A DNA stretch of 64,000 nucleotides, taken from NCBI GenBank assembly GCA_934096125.1, contig CAKOLB010000004.1:55117-119116 (forward strand). The letters are read 5' to 3'. The notes under the pieces are model-generated. The model saw only the letters and a list, made by a program, of their open reading frames with translations. It did no database searches and had not been told where the DNA came from. Shown piece by piece: positions 1-10,495 of the stretch. Each line of letters begins with the position of its first letter. Positions within the stretch are counted from its first letter, which is position 1. Both the position numbers and the translations under genes were made by a program. The stretch is from an uncultured Bacilli bacterium (GTDB taxonomy: Bacteria > Bacillota_I > Bacilli_A > RF39 > UBA660).

Positions 1-397
1 TGTAAGTGATGAAGATGTTAAAATAGAAATACATCAAAAAATAAATGAAATTGATTCTTATGATAAATTATTGCAAGTAAAAGAAGAAATTGAAGACCGC
101 TTTGGTAAAATTGATGAAAATATGCTTGTGTATATGTATGAAGAATGGTTTGAAAAGCTTGCCTTAAAATATAACATTACGAATGTGGTACAAACTGATA
201 GATTAGTGGAAGTTACTTTGCCTGAGGAAATATCTGCAGGTATTAAAGGCGATAAACTTTTGTTTGATGCGATGAACTTATCAAAATCATTTAATATAAA
301 GTATCAAAATAAAAAAATAATTATTACTTTATATATTAAAAATTTAGAAAAACACTTTATCTTTTATTTAGTTAGTTTATTAGAAAAGACTTTGTAA
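1..397 (+). CDS. mfd: 3' end of transcription-repair coupling factor Mfd (5' truncated by window edge)
   Basis: Frame is open from position 2. The translated tail (…EDRFGKIDENMLVYMYEEWFEKLALKYNITNVV…) resembles the Mfd C-terminal TRCF domain. It is immediately followed by spoVT, as in B. subtilis. Confidence 0.55.
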   Translation, partial: VSDEDVKIEIHQKINEIDSYDKLLQVKEEIEDRFGKIDENMLVYMYEEWFEKLALKYNITNVVQTDRLVEVTLPEEISAGIKGDKLLFDAMNLSKSFNIKYQNKKIIITLYIKNLEKHFIFYLVSLLEKTL

Positions 398-434
398 GAA
401 TAACACTAAAACTTTTGGTTATACTAAGGGTGAA

Positions 435-923
435 GTGAGTGTGAAAGTTTTGAAGTCAACAGGTGTTACAAGAAAAATAGATGAGCTGGGAAGAATAGTG
501 GTTCCCAAAGAGATACGAAAAAATTTAGGGATAAGAGAAGGAGAAAGTTTAGAGATATATACAAGTGATGATGCTATAGTCTTAAAAAAACATTATGAGA
601 TATGGCAAAATCATGAAAATATTAAAAGAATAATTAATATAGCAGAGGATATGCTGGATCTGGAAGTTTTAGTAACGGATAGAGAAAAGATTATTTTAGG
701 AAGTTGTAAGAATACTAAACTTTCAGTAGAACTACTTTCTTATATAGATAATCGGGAGATGTATTTTGGGTATGTGGAAAGTCTTGGAGATATTTACACA
801 CTGGTGCCGATTATTTCGGAGTCATCTGCTTTAGGTTTAATTATGATAAAGGAAAATGTTGATAATAGTAAGATAGGAAAGTTTTTAGCAAGGCTTATCG
901 CTGATAAAATTGATATAACATAA
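435..923 (+). CDS. spoVT: stage V sporulation protein T (AbrB-type DNA-binding domain + GAF-like domain)
   Basis: N-terminal motif RKIDELGRIVVPKEIRKNLGIREGESLEIY is an AbrB/SpoVT swapped-hairpin domain. Length is 162 aa and the gene sits downstream of mfd. Confidence 0.8.
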   Translation: MSVKVLKSTGVTRKIDELGRIVVPKEIRKNLGIREGESLEIYTSDDAIVLKKHYEIWQNHENIKRIINIAEDMLDLEVLVTDREKIILGSCKNTKLSVELLSYIDNREMYFGYVESLGDIYTLVPIISESSALGLIMIKENVDNSKIGKFLARLIADKIDIT

Positions 924-1011
924 ATCTTAAGGATAAATTCTTTAAGATTTTTTTCATCTATTGATGAATACCTTAATTTGTGCTAGACTTAAGGTAAATT
1001 TGGGAGGTATT

Positions 1012-1479
1012 ATGCGCAAATTTGAAAAGATAAGTAAAGATGAGTTTCAGAAATATTTTAAAATAGAAGAGTATGAGGGTTTTAATCTTCCAAGAAGAGC
1101 GACGAAAAGTAGTGCTGGCTATGATTTTTTTGCTATTTCTGATTATGTGTTTCATCCAGGGGAAAAATTCCTTGTTCCAACTGGGTATAAAGTAAAAATG
1201 GAAAGTGATGAAATGCTTATGATTGTTATTCGAAGTAGTATGGCTATTAAGCGTAGTATTCGGGTAGTTAATCAAGTTGGAATTATTGAAAGTGATTATT
1301 ACAATAATGAAAGTAATGAAGGGCATATATTTGTGAGTTTAGAAAATTTTGGGGATGAAGATTTTGTATTAGAAAAAGGTGTGGCTTATGCGCAAGGAAT
1401 TTTTACGAAGTTTTTAGTGACTGATGATGATGTAGCTTTAAATAAGAGAACTGGTGGTATTGGAAGTACAACTAAATAA
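1012..1479 (+). CDS. dut: dUTP diphosphatase-like protein
   Basis: dUTPase motifs are present: SAGYDFF (motif I), IRSSMAI (motif II), GIIESDYY (motif III). RBS GGGAGG lies 7 nt upstream of the ATG at 1012. The earlier in-frame start at 961 is probably not used. Confidence 0.6.
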   Translation: MRKFEKISKDEFQKYFKIEEYEGFNLPRRATKSSAGYDFFAISDYVFHPGEKFLVPTGYKVKMESDEMLMIVIRSSMAIKRSIRVVNQVGIIESDYYNNESNEGHIFVSLENFGDEDFVLEKGVAYAQGIFTKFLVTDDDVALNKRTGGIGSTTK

Positions 1480-1494
1480 AGAAAGGAAGAAAAA

Positions 1495-3012
1495 ATGAAA
1501 GAAAAATATTATATAACAACAGCGATTGCTTATACTTCAGGGAAACCTCATATTGGTAATACATATGAGATTGTTTTAGCAGATACAATTGCTAGATATA
1601 AAAGATTAATGGGGTATGATGTTTATTTTCAAACAGGTACTGATGAACATGGGGAAAAGATTGAAATTAAAGCAAAAGAACAAAATAAAACTCCTCAAGA
1701 TTTTGTTGATGATGTGTCAAAAGAGATTAAAAGTATTTGGGATGTTATGAATACAAGTTATGATAAATTTGTTAGAACAACTGATGAAGTTCATGAGAAA
1801 AAAGTTCAAGCTATATTTAAGAAAATGTATGATAATGGGGATATATATAAAGGAGAGTATACGGGAAAATATTGTATTCCTTGTGAATCCTTTTGGACTG
1901 ATACTCAGCTTGTGGATGGTAAATGTCCAGATTGTGGTAGAGATGTTGTTAGTAAAGGAGAAGAGGCTTACTTCTTTAGATTATCTAAATATCAAAAAAG
2001 ACTGGAAGATTATATTCTAAGTCATCCAGATTTTATTAAGCCAGAGTCTCGAAAAAATGAAATGCTTAATAATTTTATTCGTCCAGGTTTACAAGATTTA
2101 TGTGTGTCTAGAACTAGTTTTAAATGGGGAATTCCGGTGACATTTGATGATAAGCATATTGTTTATGTGTGGCTAGATGCACTTACTAACTATATTACGA
2201 ATATTGGTTATGATACAGAAAATCCATCTTCTGAATTTAATTATTGGTGGCCGGCTGATTTACATTTAGTTGGCAAAGATATTGTTCGCTTTCACACTAT
2301 TTACTGGCCATGCTTTTTGATGAGTCTTGGTTTAGATTTGCCTAAACAAGTATTTGGTCATCCATGGCTGATTGTGGAAGGTGGCAAGATGAGTAAGAGT
2401 CTTGGTAATGTGGTTTATGCCGATGATTTAGTGGCAAAATACGGTGTAGATGCAGTTAGATATTATTTTTTACATGAAATTCCATATGCATCTGATGGCT
2501 TGTTTACTGAAAAACTACTCGTAGAGAGAATTAACAGTGACCTTGTAAATGTTCTGGGAAATTTAGTAAATAGAACGATTACTATGGCTTATAAATATTT
2601 TGATGGTGTTATTGATTGTAAGCGAGAAAGTGAAGAAATAGATAAGGATTTTGAAAAAGTAATTGATACACTAAATGAAAATGTGGCTAAAAAAATGGAT
2701 GAATTAATGGTTGGAGATGCTTTAGAAGAAATATTTAAAGTATATAAAAGATGTAATAAATATATAGATGAAGCTATGCCTTGGGTACTTGCGAAAGATG
2801 AAGAGAAAAAGAATAGATTAGCAACAGTTCTTTACAACTTACTTGAGGGAATTAGAAAGGCAACCGTTTTATTACAAGCCTTTTTGCCTGAGACTGCTAA
2901 AAAAGTTTTAGATGCTTTAAATACAAAACAAAGAAGTGTACGTGATGAAGCATTATTATTGCCAGTTACTTTACAAAAATTAGATCATTTATTTGAAAGG
3001 ATAGATGAGTAA
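1495..3012 (+). CDS. metG: methionine--tRNA ligase (short form, no C-terminal tRNA-binding domain)
   Basis: HIGH-type motif (KPHIGNTYE), KMSKS motif, and a CPxCG zinc knuckle in the connective peptide insertion. Confidence 0.9.
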   Translation: MKEKYYITTAIAYTSGKPHIGNTYEIVLADTIARYKRLMGYDVYFQTGTDEHGEKIEIKAKEQNKTPQDFVDDVSKEIKSIWDVMNTSYDKFVRTTDEVHEKKVQAIFKKMYDNGDIYKGEYTGKYCIPCESFWTDTQLVDGKCPDCGRDVVSKGEEAYFFRLSKYQKRLEDYILSHPDFIKPESRKNEMLNNFIRPGLQDLCVSRTSFKWGIPVTFDDKHIVYVWLDALTNYITNIGYDTENPSSEFNYWWPADLHLVGKDIVRFHTIYWPCFLMSLGLDLPKQVFGHPWLIVEGGKMSKSLGNVVYADDLVAKYGVDAVRYYFLHEIPYASDGLFTEKLLVERINSDLVNVLGNLVNRTITMAYKYFDGVIDCKRESEEIDKDFEKVIDTLNENVAKKMDELMVGDALEEIFKVYKRCNKYIDEAMPWVLAKDEEKKNRLATVLYNLLEGIRKATVLLQAFLPETAKKVLDALNTKQRSVRDEALLLPVTLQKLDHLFERIDE

Positions 3013-3805
3013 ATTGAAACCTTTTTTAATAGATTCTCATTGTCATTTGTTTAGTGATGATTACAGTGATTTAACCAAAGTAATTAAAGAAGCAAGGGAA
3101 GAACGGGTAAAATATTTTCTTAATAATGGGAGTAATAAAAAATATAATGAAGAGCTTATAAAGATGCTTTCAAATTATCCAAATATGGTTGGAGCTCTTG
3201 GTATTCATCCGGAGAGTGTGGAAGACGCAGGAGATGAAGATTTAGATTTTATTGAAAGAAATTTAGGTTATGAAAAGATTGTTGCTATTGGAGAGATTGG
3301 ACTTGATTACTATTATGGTAAAGCGAGTAAAGAGGCGCAAATTAAATTTTTGGAAAAACAACTAAAAATGGCCGAGAAATATGAGATGCCGGTTGTTATT
3401 CATAGTAGAGAGGCAACGCAGGATACTATTAGTCTTTTGCAAAAATATAATGTGAAAGGTGTTATCCACTGTTTTTCTGGAAGTTATGAAACGGCCAAAA
3501 TTTATATAAAAATGGGGTATAAACTGGGAGTTAATGGTGTTATTACTTTTAAAAATGCCAATATAAAAGAGGTAATAAAGAAAGTGGGTCTTGAAAATAT
3601 AGTTTTAGAAACTGATAGTCCCTATCTTACACCAGAGCCTTACCGTGGGAGACAAAATTGTCCCAAGCATGTGCTGGAAGTGGCAAAATTTGTCGCTGAT
3701 TTATTTGATACTACACTAGAAGAAGTAATGAAAGTTACGACAAATAATGTCTTAAATACTTTTTCAAAATTTGCAAAAATTGTAAGTTGCGATGAAAATG
3801 ATTAG
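3005..3805 (+). CDS. tatD: TatD-family metal-dependent DNase/hydrolase (YabD)
   Basis: Begins with the HCHL motif of TatD-family metal-dependent hydrolases, 266 aa, located downstream of metG. Start overlaps the metG stop. Confidence 0.8.
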   Translation: MSKLKPFLIDSHCHLFSDDYSDLTKVIKEAREERVKYFLNNGSNKKYNEELIKMLSNYPNMVGALGIHPESVEDAGDEDLDFIERNLGYEKIVAIGEIGLDYYYGKASKEAQIKFLEKQLKMAEKYEMPVVIHSREATQDTISLLQKYNVKGVIHCFSGSYETAKIYIKMGYKLGVNGVITFKNANIKEVIKKVGLENIVLETDSPYLTPEPYRGRQNCPKHVLEVAKFVADLFDTTLEEVMKVTTNNVLNTFSKFAKIVSCDEND

Positions 3806-3842
3806 ATGATATAATATTTTGGCCTGGTGAGGAGGGCAATAG

Positions 3843-4367
3843 ATGAGAATTGTTAATTATTTTTTGAGGGTGTTTTTAATGATTGGTGTTTTGTTTTTAG
3901 CAGAAAGCAGTACGAATAATCATATGAAAATAGCCATAAATGAGAATGTTAATAAAACAATAAATGTTGATGCGATGTCAATGAAAGTATTGGAAGTTAC
4001 CGAGAGTTTGAAGTTTAGAGCCATAGATTCTTATACGGGTGATATGACTGGCTATGCGGCGAATTGTCCGAAGTGCAGCGGCAAGCTTTCATGTCTTCCT
4101 AGTTTGGATGTAACTGGGGGAAAAAATACTTATGAAGATGCGACTTATGGTAAAGTTAATATAGTTGCAGCGAGTAAAAATTTAGCGTGTGGCTCTATTG
4201 TTAGTTTTTATAATGATAGAATATCAAATGAAAAGATAGTAGCAATAGTACTAGATAGAGGAGTATATGCTAATACCTTAGACTTTTTAGCTCCGAGTGA
4301 AGCTTATGCTAGCAATTATATAGGCCGCAGAAGTATTACTTATGATGTGTTAAGAGTTGGGTGGTAA
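3843..4367 (+). CDS. 3D-domain (MltA-like) cell-wall protein, YabE-like
   Basis: N-terminal signal/TM segment. C-terminal region resembles a 3D domain (…TGYAANCPKCSGK…TGGKNTYEDATYGKVNIVAAS…). Syntenic position of yabE between tatD and ksgA. Confidence 0.5.
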   Translation: MRIVNYFLRVFLMIGVLFLAESSTNNHMKIAINENVNKTINVDAMSMKVLEVTESLKFRAIDSYTGDMTGYAANCPKCSGKLSCLPSLDVTGGKNTYEDATYGKVNIVAASKNLACGSIVSFYNDRISNEKIVAIVLDRGVYANTLDFLAPSEAYASNYIGRRSITYDVLRVGW

Positions 4368-5154
4368 GATGCGAGCAAAAAAAAGACTAGGGCAAAACTT
4401 TTTGATAAGTAAGGAAATAATTAAAAAAATAATGTTAGAAGTTGAAGCTTTAGAAGATGATTTAATTATTGAAATTGGTCCAGGGATGGGAGCATTAACA
4501 AAAGCTATGAAGAAAAAAAATGCCCATTTAATAGCTTATGAACTGGATACTGATTTAAAGCAAGTCTTAAGTCCTTTAGAAGATGAGAAAACAAAAGTTA
4601 TATATAAAGACTTTTTGCAAAGTGATGTTAGAAGTGATATAAAAAATATGAAGTATAATAATATTTATATTGTTGGTAATTTACCATATTATATTACTAC
4701 TCCGATAATAGAACATATAATATCTTTGAATTTAGATTTAAAAAGACTTACAATTATGGTGCAAAGGGAAGTAGCTGAGAGATTTTTAGCAAAGCCTGGT
4801 TCAAAAAGTTATGGTTATATCACATTGTTTTTAAGATATTATTTTTCGGCTTATAAAGTATGTGATGTAAGTAGTAAATGTTTTAGCCCAGAGCCAAAGG
4901 TGCAAAGTGCTGTGGTAAGTTTTGAGCCAAGGAAGCAAAAATTAGAGCTGGATGATGGTTATTTTAAATTTTTGAAAGTAATATTTAAACAGAAGAGAAA
5001 AAATATTCGAAATAATTTAAAAGGTATTTATGAAGAAGATGTTTTAAAGGAAAAACTTGAGAAGATGAATTTGGATATGCAAGTAAGAGCAGAAGAATTA
5101 AGTGAAGAGCAAATAATAATGTTATATAAAGAGTTAACCAAGAAGAGGGGTTAG
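4357..5154 (+). CDS. rsmA: 16S rRNA (adenine1518/1519-N6)-dimethyltransferase
   Basis: KRLGQNFL N-terminal motif, SAM-binding EIGPGMGALT, length 265 aa. Confidence 0.9.
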   Translation: MGGKMRAKKRLGQNFLISKEIIKKIMLEVEALEDDLIIEIGPGMGALTKAMKKKNAHLIAYELDTDLKQVLSPLEDEKTKVIYKDFLQSDVRSDIKNMKYNNIYIVGNLPYYITTPIIEHIISLNLDLKRLTIMVQREVAERFLAKPGSKSYGYITLFLRYYFSAYKVCDVSSKCFSPEPKVQSAVVSFEPRKQKLELDDGYFKFLKVIFKQKRKNIRNNLKGIYEEDVLKEKLEKMNLDMQVRAEELSEEQIIMLYKELTKKRG

Positions 5155-5208
5155 CTTTTTTTGAATAAATTACTTTGATAAATAATATAATTAAATGGTG
5201 ATTATATT

Positions 5209-5985
5209 TTGGATATAAAAAAAGGGGATTATGTAACTAGAAATAGTTATAATAATGATACTGTTTTTAAAGTTATAAATGTTAAAGATAATATGGTTTA
5301 TTTAAAAGGGGTAGAGGTTCGTTTAGTAGCCGATGCTTTAGTTACGGACTTAAGAAAAGAAGAAAATGTTAGTCAAGATAACTTAATAGATGAAATAAAA
5401 GTGCAAGAAGATCTTTTGGTGCGAGGGGAGTATTTTTATTTGCCGGCGAAAGTTCTTCATATTGATGCGGATGAGGAGTACTTGAGAAGATGTTTGAAGT
5501 TTTATAAGAAAAATGGGATTTTTGCTATTGGCAAGAAAATAAATGAGAAAAATATTTATGAGCAGTTACTCATGCTTTTAAGGGAATATAAACCCGATAT
5601 TGTTGTGATTACAGGACATGATGCTTATTATAAGAAAAAAGGAAATATTAATGATTTAAAAAATTATAAAAATTCAGCGTATTTTGTTAAAGCAGTGAAA
5701 GTAGCTAGAAATTATGAAAAAAGTCATGAAAAGCTTGTAATTATTGCTGGGGCTTGTCAAAGTGATTATGAAGAGTTAATTAAAGCTGGAGCAAATTTTG
5801 CCTCTAGTCCCAAAAGAATTAATATTCATGCATTAGACCCAGCGATTATTGCGAGTACTATATCACTTACGGAAAGAAGTAGGGAAATAGATTTAAAGAA
5901 ACTTTTAGATAAAACGAAATATAAAGAAGAAGGTATGGGGGGAATTATTTGTAATGGACTTATGTATGTGGGGTATCCAAGATGA
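5209..5985 (+). CDS. yabG: sporulation-specific protease YabG (peptidase U57)
   Basis: About 258 aa, located between ksgA and veg exactly as yabG is in B. subtilis. TTG start. Confidence 0.5.
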   Translation: MDIKKGDYVTRNSYNNDTVFKVINVKDNMVYLKGVEVRLVADALVTDLRKEENVSQDNLIDEIKVQEDLLVRGEYFYLPAKVLHIDADEEYLRRCLKFYKKNGIFAIGKKINEKNIYEQLLMLLREYKPDIVVITGHDAYYKKKGNINDLKNYKNSAYFVKAVKVARNYEKSHEKLVIIAGACQSDYEELIKAGANFASSPKRINIHALDPAIIASTISLTERSREIDLKKLLDKTKYKEEGMGGIICNGLMYVGYPR

Positions 5986-6191
5986 ATATTAATATAATAA
6001 GAGATCATATCAAAAAACTTTTAAATAAGAAAGTAATGCTCTCTGTTTATGGGATGCGTAACAGAGTAACAAGATATGAAGGAATTGTTTATAAAATGTA
6101 TCCTAATATCTTTACGTTACTAATAAATGGAGAAGAGAAGAGTTTTTGTTATAGAGATGTTGCAACAGGAGATATAAAAATAAATGTATAA
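5982..6191 (+). CDS. veg: Veg protein (biofilm formation stimulator)
   Basis: 69-aa protein with a conserved Veg-like sequence (…IRDHIKKLLNKKVMLSVYGMRNRVTRYEGIV…). Confidence 0.8.
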   Translation: MNINIIRDHIKKLLNKKVMLSVYGMRNRVTRYEGIVYKMYPNIFTLLINGEEKSFCYRDVATGDIKINV

Positions 6192-6216
6192 TAAAAAAAA
6201 TAAAACATATAATTAA

Positions 6217-6507
6217 ATGGTGATAAAAATGGATGGAACGGTTTATGGTAATCAAGAAGTAAAAATGATTGATAGAAGTAATATTTCAATATCAGGAGTT
6301 AAAAAAATTGTTAGTTTTGATGATCAAGAGTTTTTGATGGAAACTAATATGGGAAATATGCGGATACTTGGAAATACTTTAGAGCTTTTGAAACTTGATA
6401 CTCAGGATGGAAATGTAAAGATTAAGGGGAAGATTAACTCCTTTATGTATGTAGATGGAAAGGGAAAAAATAAAGAAGATAGTTTGATGAGTAAGTTATT
6501 TAAATGA
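6217..6507 (+). CDS. yabP: sporulation protein YabP
   Basis: 96 aa. The …ISISGVKKIVSFDDQEF… motif is typical of YabP. Followed by yabQ and divIC as in Bacillus. Confidence 0.75.
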   Translation: MVIKMDGTVYGNQEVKMIDRSNISISGVKKIVSFDDQEFLMETNMGNMRILGNTLELLKLDTQDGNVKIKGKINSFMYVDGKGKNKEDSLMSKLFK

Positions 6508-6803
6508 GTAGTTCCCTGCAACTTGTAAGTTTTCTTTTTTCTTTTCTATTTGGAGTAGTATTTAGTTTTTTAACAAGTGTTAATAATTATGTTTTGCAGG
6601 ATAAATCAAAAATTGTGAAGTGCTTTATAACCGGGGTATTTGTTCTTGATATAGTACTTTTGTATGTTTATATGATGTATAAAATAAATATGGGAATTTT
6701 ACATATATACTTTATAATGGTATTGGTATTAGGTTATATTGGGGCGGTTAAGTGTCAAACTTGTGTCAAAAGAAAAATTAAACTATTTAAAAAGACAAAA
6801 TAA
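6504..6803 (+). CDS. yabQ: spore cortex biosynthesis protein YabQ (small membrane protein)
   Basis: 99-aa multi-TM protein. Translationally coupled to yabP, in the syntenic position. Confidence 0.6.
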   Translation: MSSSLQLVSFLFSFLFGVVFSFLTSVNNYVLQDKSKIVKCFITGVFVLDIVLLYVYMMYKINMGILHIYFIMVLVLGYIGAVKCQTCVKRKIKLFKKTK

Positions 6804-6849
6804 GTTGTCTTTTTTTGATATACTAATTAAAGATTTGATGGGGTGGAAA

Positions 6850-7134
6850 ATGAAAAAAACAAGGAAAGAGAAGAAGAGACTTATTACGATTAGCTTGATT
6901 ATTATGTTTATGCTTGTGTCTTTGGTAACTTCTGTTGCTAGTGACTGGACTAAAATTTTAGAAAATAAAAGTAAGATAGAGTCTTTAAATGTCAAGTATA
7001 ATACTTTGCTAAGTGATGAAGAGAAGCTTGTTAGTGAAGTAACTAAACTTCAAGATACTGATTATATAGCAAGATATGCTAAAGAAAAGTATATGTATTC
7101 AGCAGATGGTGAAACAATTATTAGAATGGACTAA
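6850..7134 (+). CDS. divIC: septum formation initiator DivIC/FtsB-like protein
   Basis: Basic N-terminus, one TM segment, then a coiled coil, in the syntenic position after yabQ. RBS GGGGTGG precedes the ATG at 6850. The listed ORF start at 6739 is probably too far upstream. Confidence 0.6.
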   Translation: MKKTRKEKKRLITISLIIMFMLVSLVTSVASDWTKILENKSKIESLNVKYNTLLSDEEKLVSEVTKLQDTDYIARYAKEKYMYSADGETIIRMD

Positions 7135-7709
7135 ATAATATTTTTCTTAAGTATTTCATCAATTAATCCATACTCGAGGGCTTCATCAGCGCTTAGAAAG
7201 TTATCTCTTTCGGTATCATTATAGATTTTTTCCACAGACTTTCCAGTGTTTTGAGCTAGTATTTGATTTAATTTTTCTTTAAGTTTAATAATTCTTTCAG
7301 CGGCAATTTTGATATCACTTGCCCGCCCACTTGCACCACCTAGAGGTTGGTGAATCATGACTTCAGTATTTGGTAAAGCATATCTTTTATCGCCACTTGA
7401 AAGTAAAAAGGCTCCCATACTTGCACAAAGACCAAGGCCAATGGTTATTATTTTGCTTTCAGTATACTTCATAGTATCGTAAATAGCCATACCAGCGGTG
7501 ATAGCTCCTCCAGGGCTGTTGATATAAAGGTAAATATCATCATGACTTAGGTTATCAAGATAAAGAAGCTGACCGATGATATTACTTGCCAAATTATCCT
7601 CAATTTCACCACTTAAAAAAATAATTCGGTCCTTTAAAAGACGAGAGTATAAGTCAAAGGCATACTCTTTATTGCTAGTTTTTTCAATTACTGTAGGTAT
7701 TATGTTCAT
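7131..7709 (-). CDS. clpP: ATP-dependent Clp protease proteolytic subunit
   Basis: Catalytic-serine motif GLCASMGAF, His motif MIHQP, 192 aa. Confidence 0.9.
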   Translation of the reverse strand: MNIIPTVIEKTSNKEYAFDLYSRLLKDRIIFLSGEIEDNLASNIIGQLLYLDNLSHDDIYLYINSPGGAITAGMAIYDTMKYTESKIITIGLGLCASMGAFLLSSGDKRYALPNTEVMIHQPLGGASGRASDIKIAAERIIKLKEKLNQILAQNTGKSVEKIYNDTERDNFLSADEALEYGLIDEILKKNII

Positions 7710-7813
7710 ATTTTTGTCTCCTTATAAGTAAATAATAGTAAATATATTTAAATTTTATTCACAAGAACTAAAAAAATTGATATAATTGTTATTAAGAATA
7801 GAGGGAGATAATA

Positions 7814-9457
7814 GTGAGCTATTTTGAAGTTGAATTTGATGGTGTGAAACATAAATATCCTCAAGGTACTTTGTTTTATGAAGTATCTAAGGCTTCTAAA
7901 AAAGAAAATATAATGGCTTATAAAATAGGTAATGAAGTGTTTTCTTTAGATGAAAAAGTAAATAAAAATGTTAAGATAGAGTTTATAAATACGGATGATA
8001 TAATTGGTAATAAGATATATAAAGCAGGACTTAAGTTTTTGTTTGAAGTGGCTCTTTTGGAGTGTTTTCCAAATTTAGAAGTTACTTATGAACATAGTGT
8101 GCCAAGAGGAATGCTTGCTCATGTATCAGGAGATAAAGTTTTAACCCAAGATGATATTTCAGTAATTAAGGGAAAGATGAGTGAGATAATATATAATAAT
8201 GATAAAATTATAAAGCTTAATATTTTGCCGAAAGAGGCGATTAATTATTTTTATCATCATTCTTTGTATGAAAAGGCGGAAAATATCCAAAATATAAGTG
8301 ATAGGGTTGTTAATTTTTATAGTTTGCGGAAAAGACTTAATTATTTTTATTCACTTATGCCTTATAATACTGGTGCTCTTAATAAGTTTGAAATAGTATA
8401 TTTAGGAAAAAATAAGTTAATATTTTTGTTCCCAACTGTTAAAAGTCATGGAAAAGTGCCAGAGTATGTGCATTATGCTAGTATCTTAGAAAGCTTTTGG
8501 GAAGGTAAAAAATGGCTTAATCAAATGCATATTCCTTATGTTTCCGATTTAAATAAATTAGTTGGTAATGGAAAGATTAAAGATTTTATTACTTCTTCTG
8601 AGCTTAAGTTTAACTTAAACATTTCCAAAGTGGTAAAGGATGTGCAAGCAAGAAAAGATATTAAGTTCATTTTGATTGCGGGTCCATCATCTTCAGGAAA
8701 GACAACGACGACCTCAAGAATTGCGAATTATTTTGCGGCTGAAGGGTATGATACAATTAAAATAAGTTTGGATGATTATTTTCTAGACCGAGAAAAAAGT
8801 CCAAAGGATGAAAATGGTAAGTATAATTTTGAATGTTTAGAAGCTTTGGATGTTTCCCTTTTTAATCAAGATTTAAATGATTTACTTATGGGTAAGGAAG
8901 TGTTGCTTCCAAAGTATAATTTTTTAACAGGGAAAGGTGAAAAGGGAAAAGAAAAAATTTCTTTAAAAGAAAATAGTATTGTTCTAATTGAAGGACTTCA
9001 TGCTTTAAATGAAGAACTTACGAAGTCTATTGCATCAACATATAAGTACAAAGTGTATTTAAGTCCATTTATTCCTCTTAGTATCGATAGACATAACTAT
9101 ATATCAACTCTAGATATGCGGCTTTTAAGAAGAATGGTTCGTGATAATAGAACAAGAGGTTATGAAGTTACAGCGACAATTGATAGTTGGCAGAGCGTTC
9201 GAAGTGGAGAAGAAAAATATATTTTTCCATATATTCATGAGGCTGATACAATTGTTAATACGGCGCTTCCCTATGAAATTGGGGTGCTGAAAGTTTATGT
9301 GCTTCCTCTTTTGTTATCAGTTGATGTAAATTCTATTTATTATGAAGAGGCAAGAAGATTAGTGGATTTCTTAAAACAGTTTTTTCCTATTCCAGGAGAA
9401 TATGTTAATGATGAATCAATATTACGCGAGTTTATAGGAGGTAAATATAATGATTAA
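7814..9457 (+). CDS. uridine kinase/phosphoribulokinase-family P-loop kinase with N-terminal TGS-like domain
   Basis: Walker A motif IAGPSSSGKTTT about 280 aa from the N-terminus. Overall 547-aa architecture matches clostridial 'Udk-like nucleoside kinase' proteins. GTG start with RBS GGAGGGAG. Confidence 0.55.
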   Translation: MSYFEVEFDGVKHKYPQGTLFYEVSKASKKENIMAYKIGNEVFSLDEKVNKNVKIEFINTDDIIGNKIYKAGLKFLFEVALLECFPNLEVTYEHSVPRGMLAHVSGDKVLTQDDISVIKGKMSEIIYNNDKIIKLNILPKEAINYFYHHSLYEKAENIQNISDRVVNFYSLRKRLNYFYSLMPYNTGALNKFEIVYLGKNKLIFLFPTVKSHGKVPEYVHYASILESFWEGKKWLNQMHIPYVSDLNKLVGNGKIKDFITSSELKFNLNISKVVKDVQARKDIKFILIAGPSSSGKTTTTSRIANYFAAEGYDTIKISLDDYFLDREKSPKDENGKYNFECLEALDVSLFNQDLNDLLMGKEVLLPKYNFLTGKGEKGKEKISLKENSIVLIEGLHALNEELTKSIASTYKYKVYLSPFIPLSIDRHNYISTLDMRLLRRMVRDNRTRGYEVTATIDSWQSVRSGEEKYIFPYIHEADTIVNTALPYEIGVLKVYVLPLLLSVDVNSIYYEEARRLVDFLKQFFPIPGEYVNDESILREFIGGKYND

Positions 9458-10454
9458 AGTTGCGATTAATGGTTTTGGGAGAATTGGGAGGTTAGCTTTT
9501 AGACAAATAGTTACACAAACAGATTTTGATATTGTAGCTATTAATGACTTAACTAGTGCTGAAGATTTAGCATATTTAGTTAAGTATGATACTGTTCATG
9601 GCTCTTTTCATGAAGATGAAATTACTTTTGATGGTAATGAAATAGTTGTAGCAGGAAAGAAAAGAATTAAAGTTTATAGTGAAACTGACCCTTTTAATTT
9701 ACCATGGGGTGAATTAGGTGTAGATTTAGTTCTTGAATGTACTGGTAAGTTTACATCAAGAGAAGGGGCAATGAAACATATTACATCTGGCGCAAAAAAG
9801 GTACTTATTTCTGCACCTTGTAAAGATGAGGTAAAAACTATTGTTTATGGTGTTAATGATAATATTTTAACTAGTGATGATATTATTGTTTCTGGGGCAA
9901 GTTGTACTACCAATTGTTTGGCACCAGTTTTATATGTTTTAAATAAAAATATTGGAATTAAAAAAGGTTTTATGACTACTGTTCATGCTTATACAAATGA
10001 CCAAGCTACTTTGGATATTGCTCATAAAAAAGGTATTAAAGCTAGAAGAGGTAGAGCATGTGCGCAAAATATTGTTCCAGCATCTACTGGAGCAGCAAAA
10101 GCAATTGGGCATGTTATTCCTGAACTTAATGGAAAACTTGATGGAATGGCAATGCGAGTTCCAACTGCAGATGGTTCTTTAATTGATGTAACTTTGGAAC
10201 TAGCTCGAAAGACAACTATAGAAGAAGTTAATAATTTGTTTAAAAATAATCAAAGTGTTGTTCTTAAGTACACAGAAGACCCAATTGTTTCAAGCGATTG
10301 TCTTGGTAAAAAATTTGGGGCTATAGTTGATGGACTTTCAACTAATATAATTGAGTCAGATGACACACAACTTGTTAAAGTACTTGCTTGGTATGATAAT
10401 GAATATGGGTATACAGCACAAATGCTTAGAACTGCAAAAAAAATGTTTGAATAG
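9450..10454 (+). CDS. gap: glyceraldehyde-3-phosphate dehydrogenase
   Basis: NGFGRIGR Rossmann motif and the active-site stretch SGASCTTNCLAPV. 334 aa. Confidence 0.95.
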   Translation: MIKVAINGFGRIGRLAFRQIVTQTDFDIVAINDLTSAEDLAYLVKYDTVHGSFHEDEITFDGNEIVVAGKKRIKVYSETDPFNLPWGELGVDLVLECTGKFTSREGAMKHITSGAKKVLISAPCKDEVKTIVYGVNDNILTSDDIIVSGASCTTNCLAPVLYVLNKNIGIKKGFMTTVHAYTNDQATLDIAHKKGIKARRGRACAQNIVPASTGAAKAIGHVIPELNGKLDGMAMRVPTADGSLIDVTLELARKTTIEEVNNLFKNNQSVVLKYTEDPIVSSDCLGKKFGAIVDGLSTNIIESDDTQLVKVLAWYDNEYGYTAQMLRTAKKMFE

Positions 10455-10495
10455 AGTCTTATGACTTTTTTTGCTAGTTATAAATAATTTTGATT

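Noticed and set aside
973-1326. 117-aa minus-strand ORF antisense to the dut-like gene
   Set aside because: Low-complexity translation (runs of N/I/F/T) typical of antisense reading of AT-rich coding DNA. Fully overlapped by a plus-strand gene with clear dUTPase motifs.
1760-2020. 86-aa plus-strand ORF inside metG in another frame
   Set aside because: Embedded in the MetRS coding frame. No RBS and no motif.
9985-10182. 65-aa ORF inside gap (alternative frame)
   Set aside because: Overlaps the GAPDH coding frame. Spurious.
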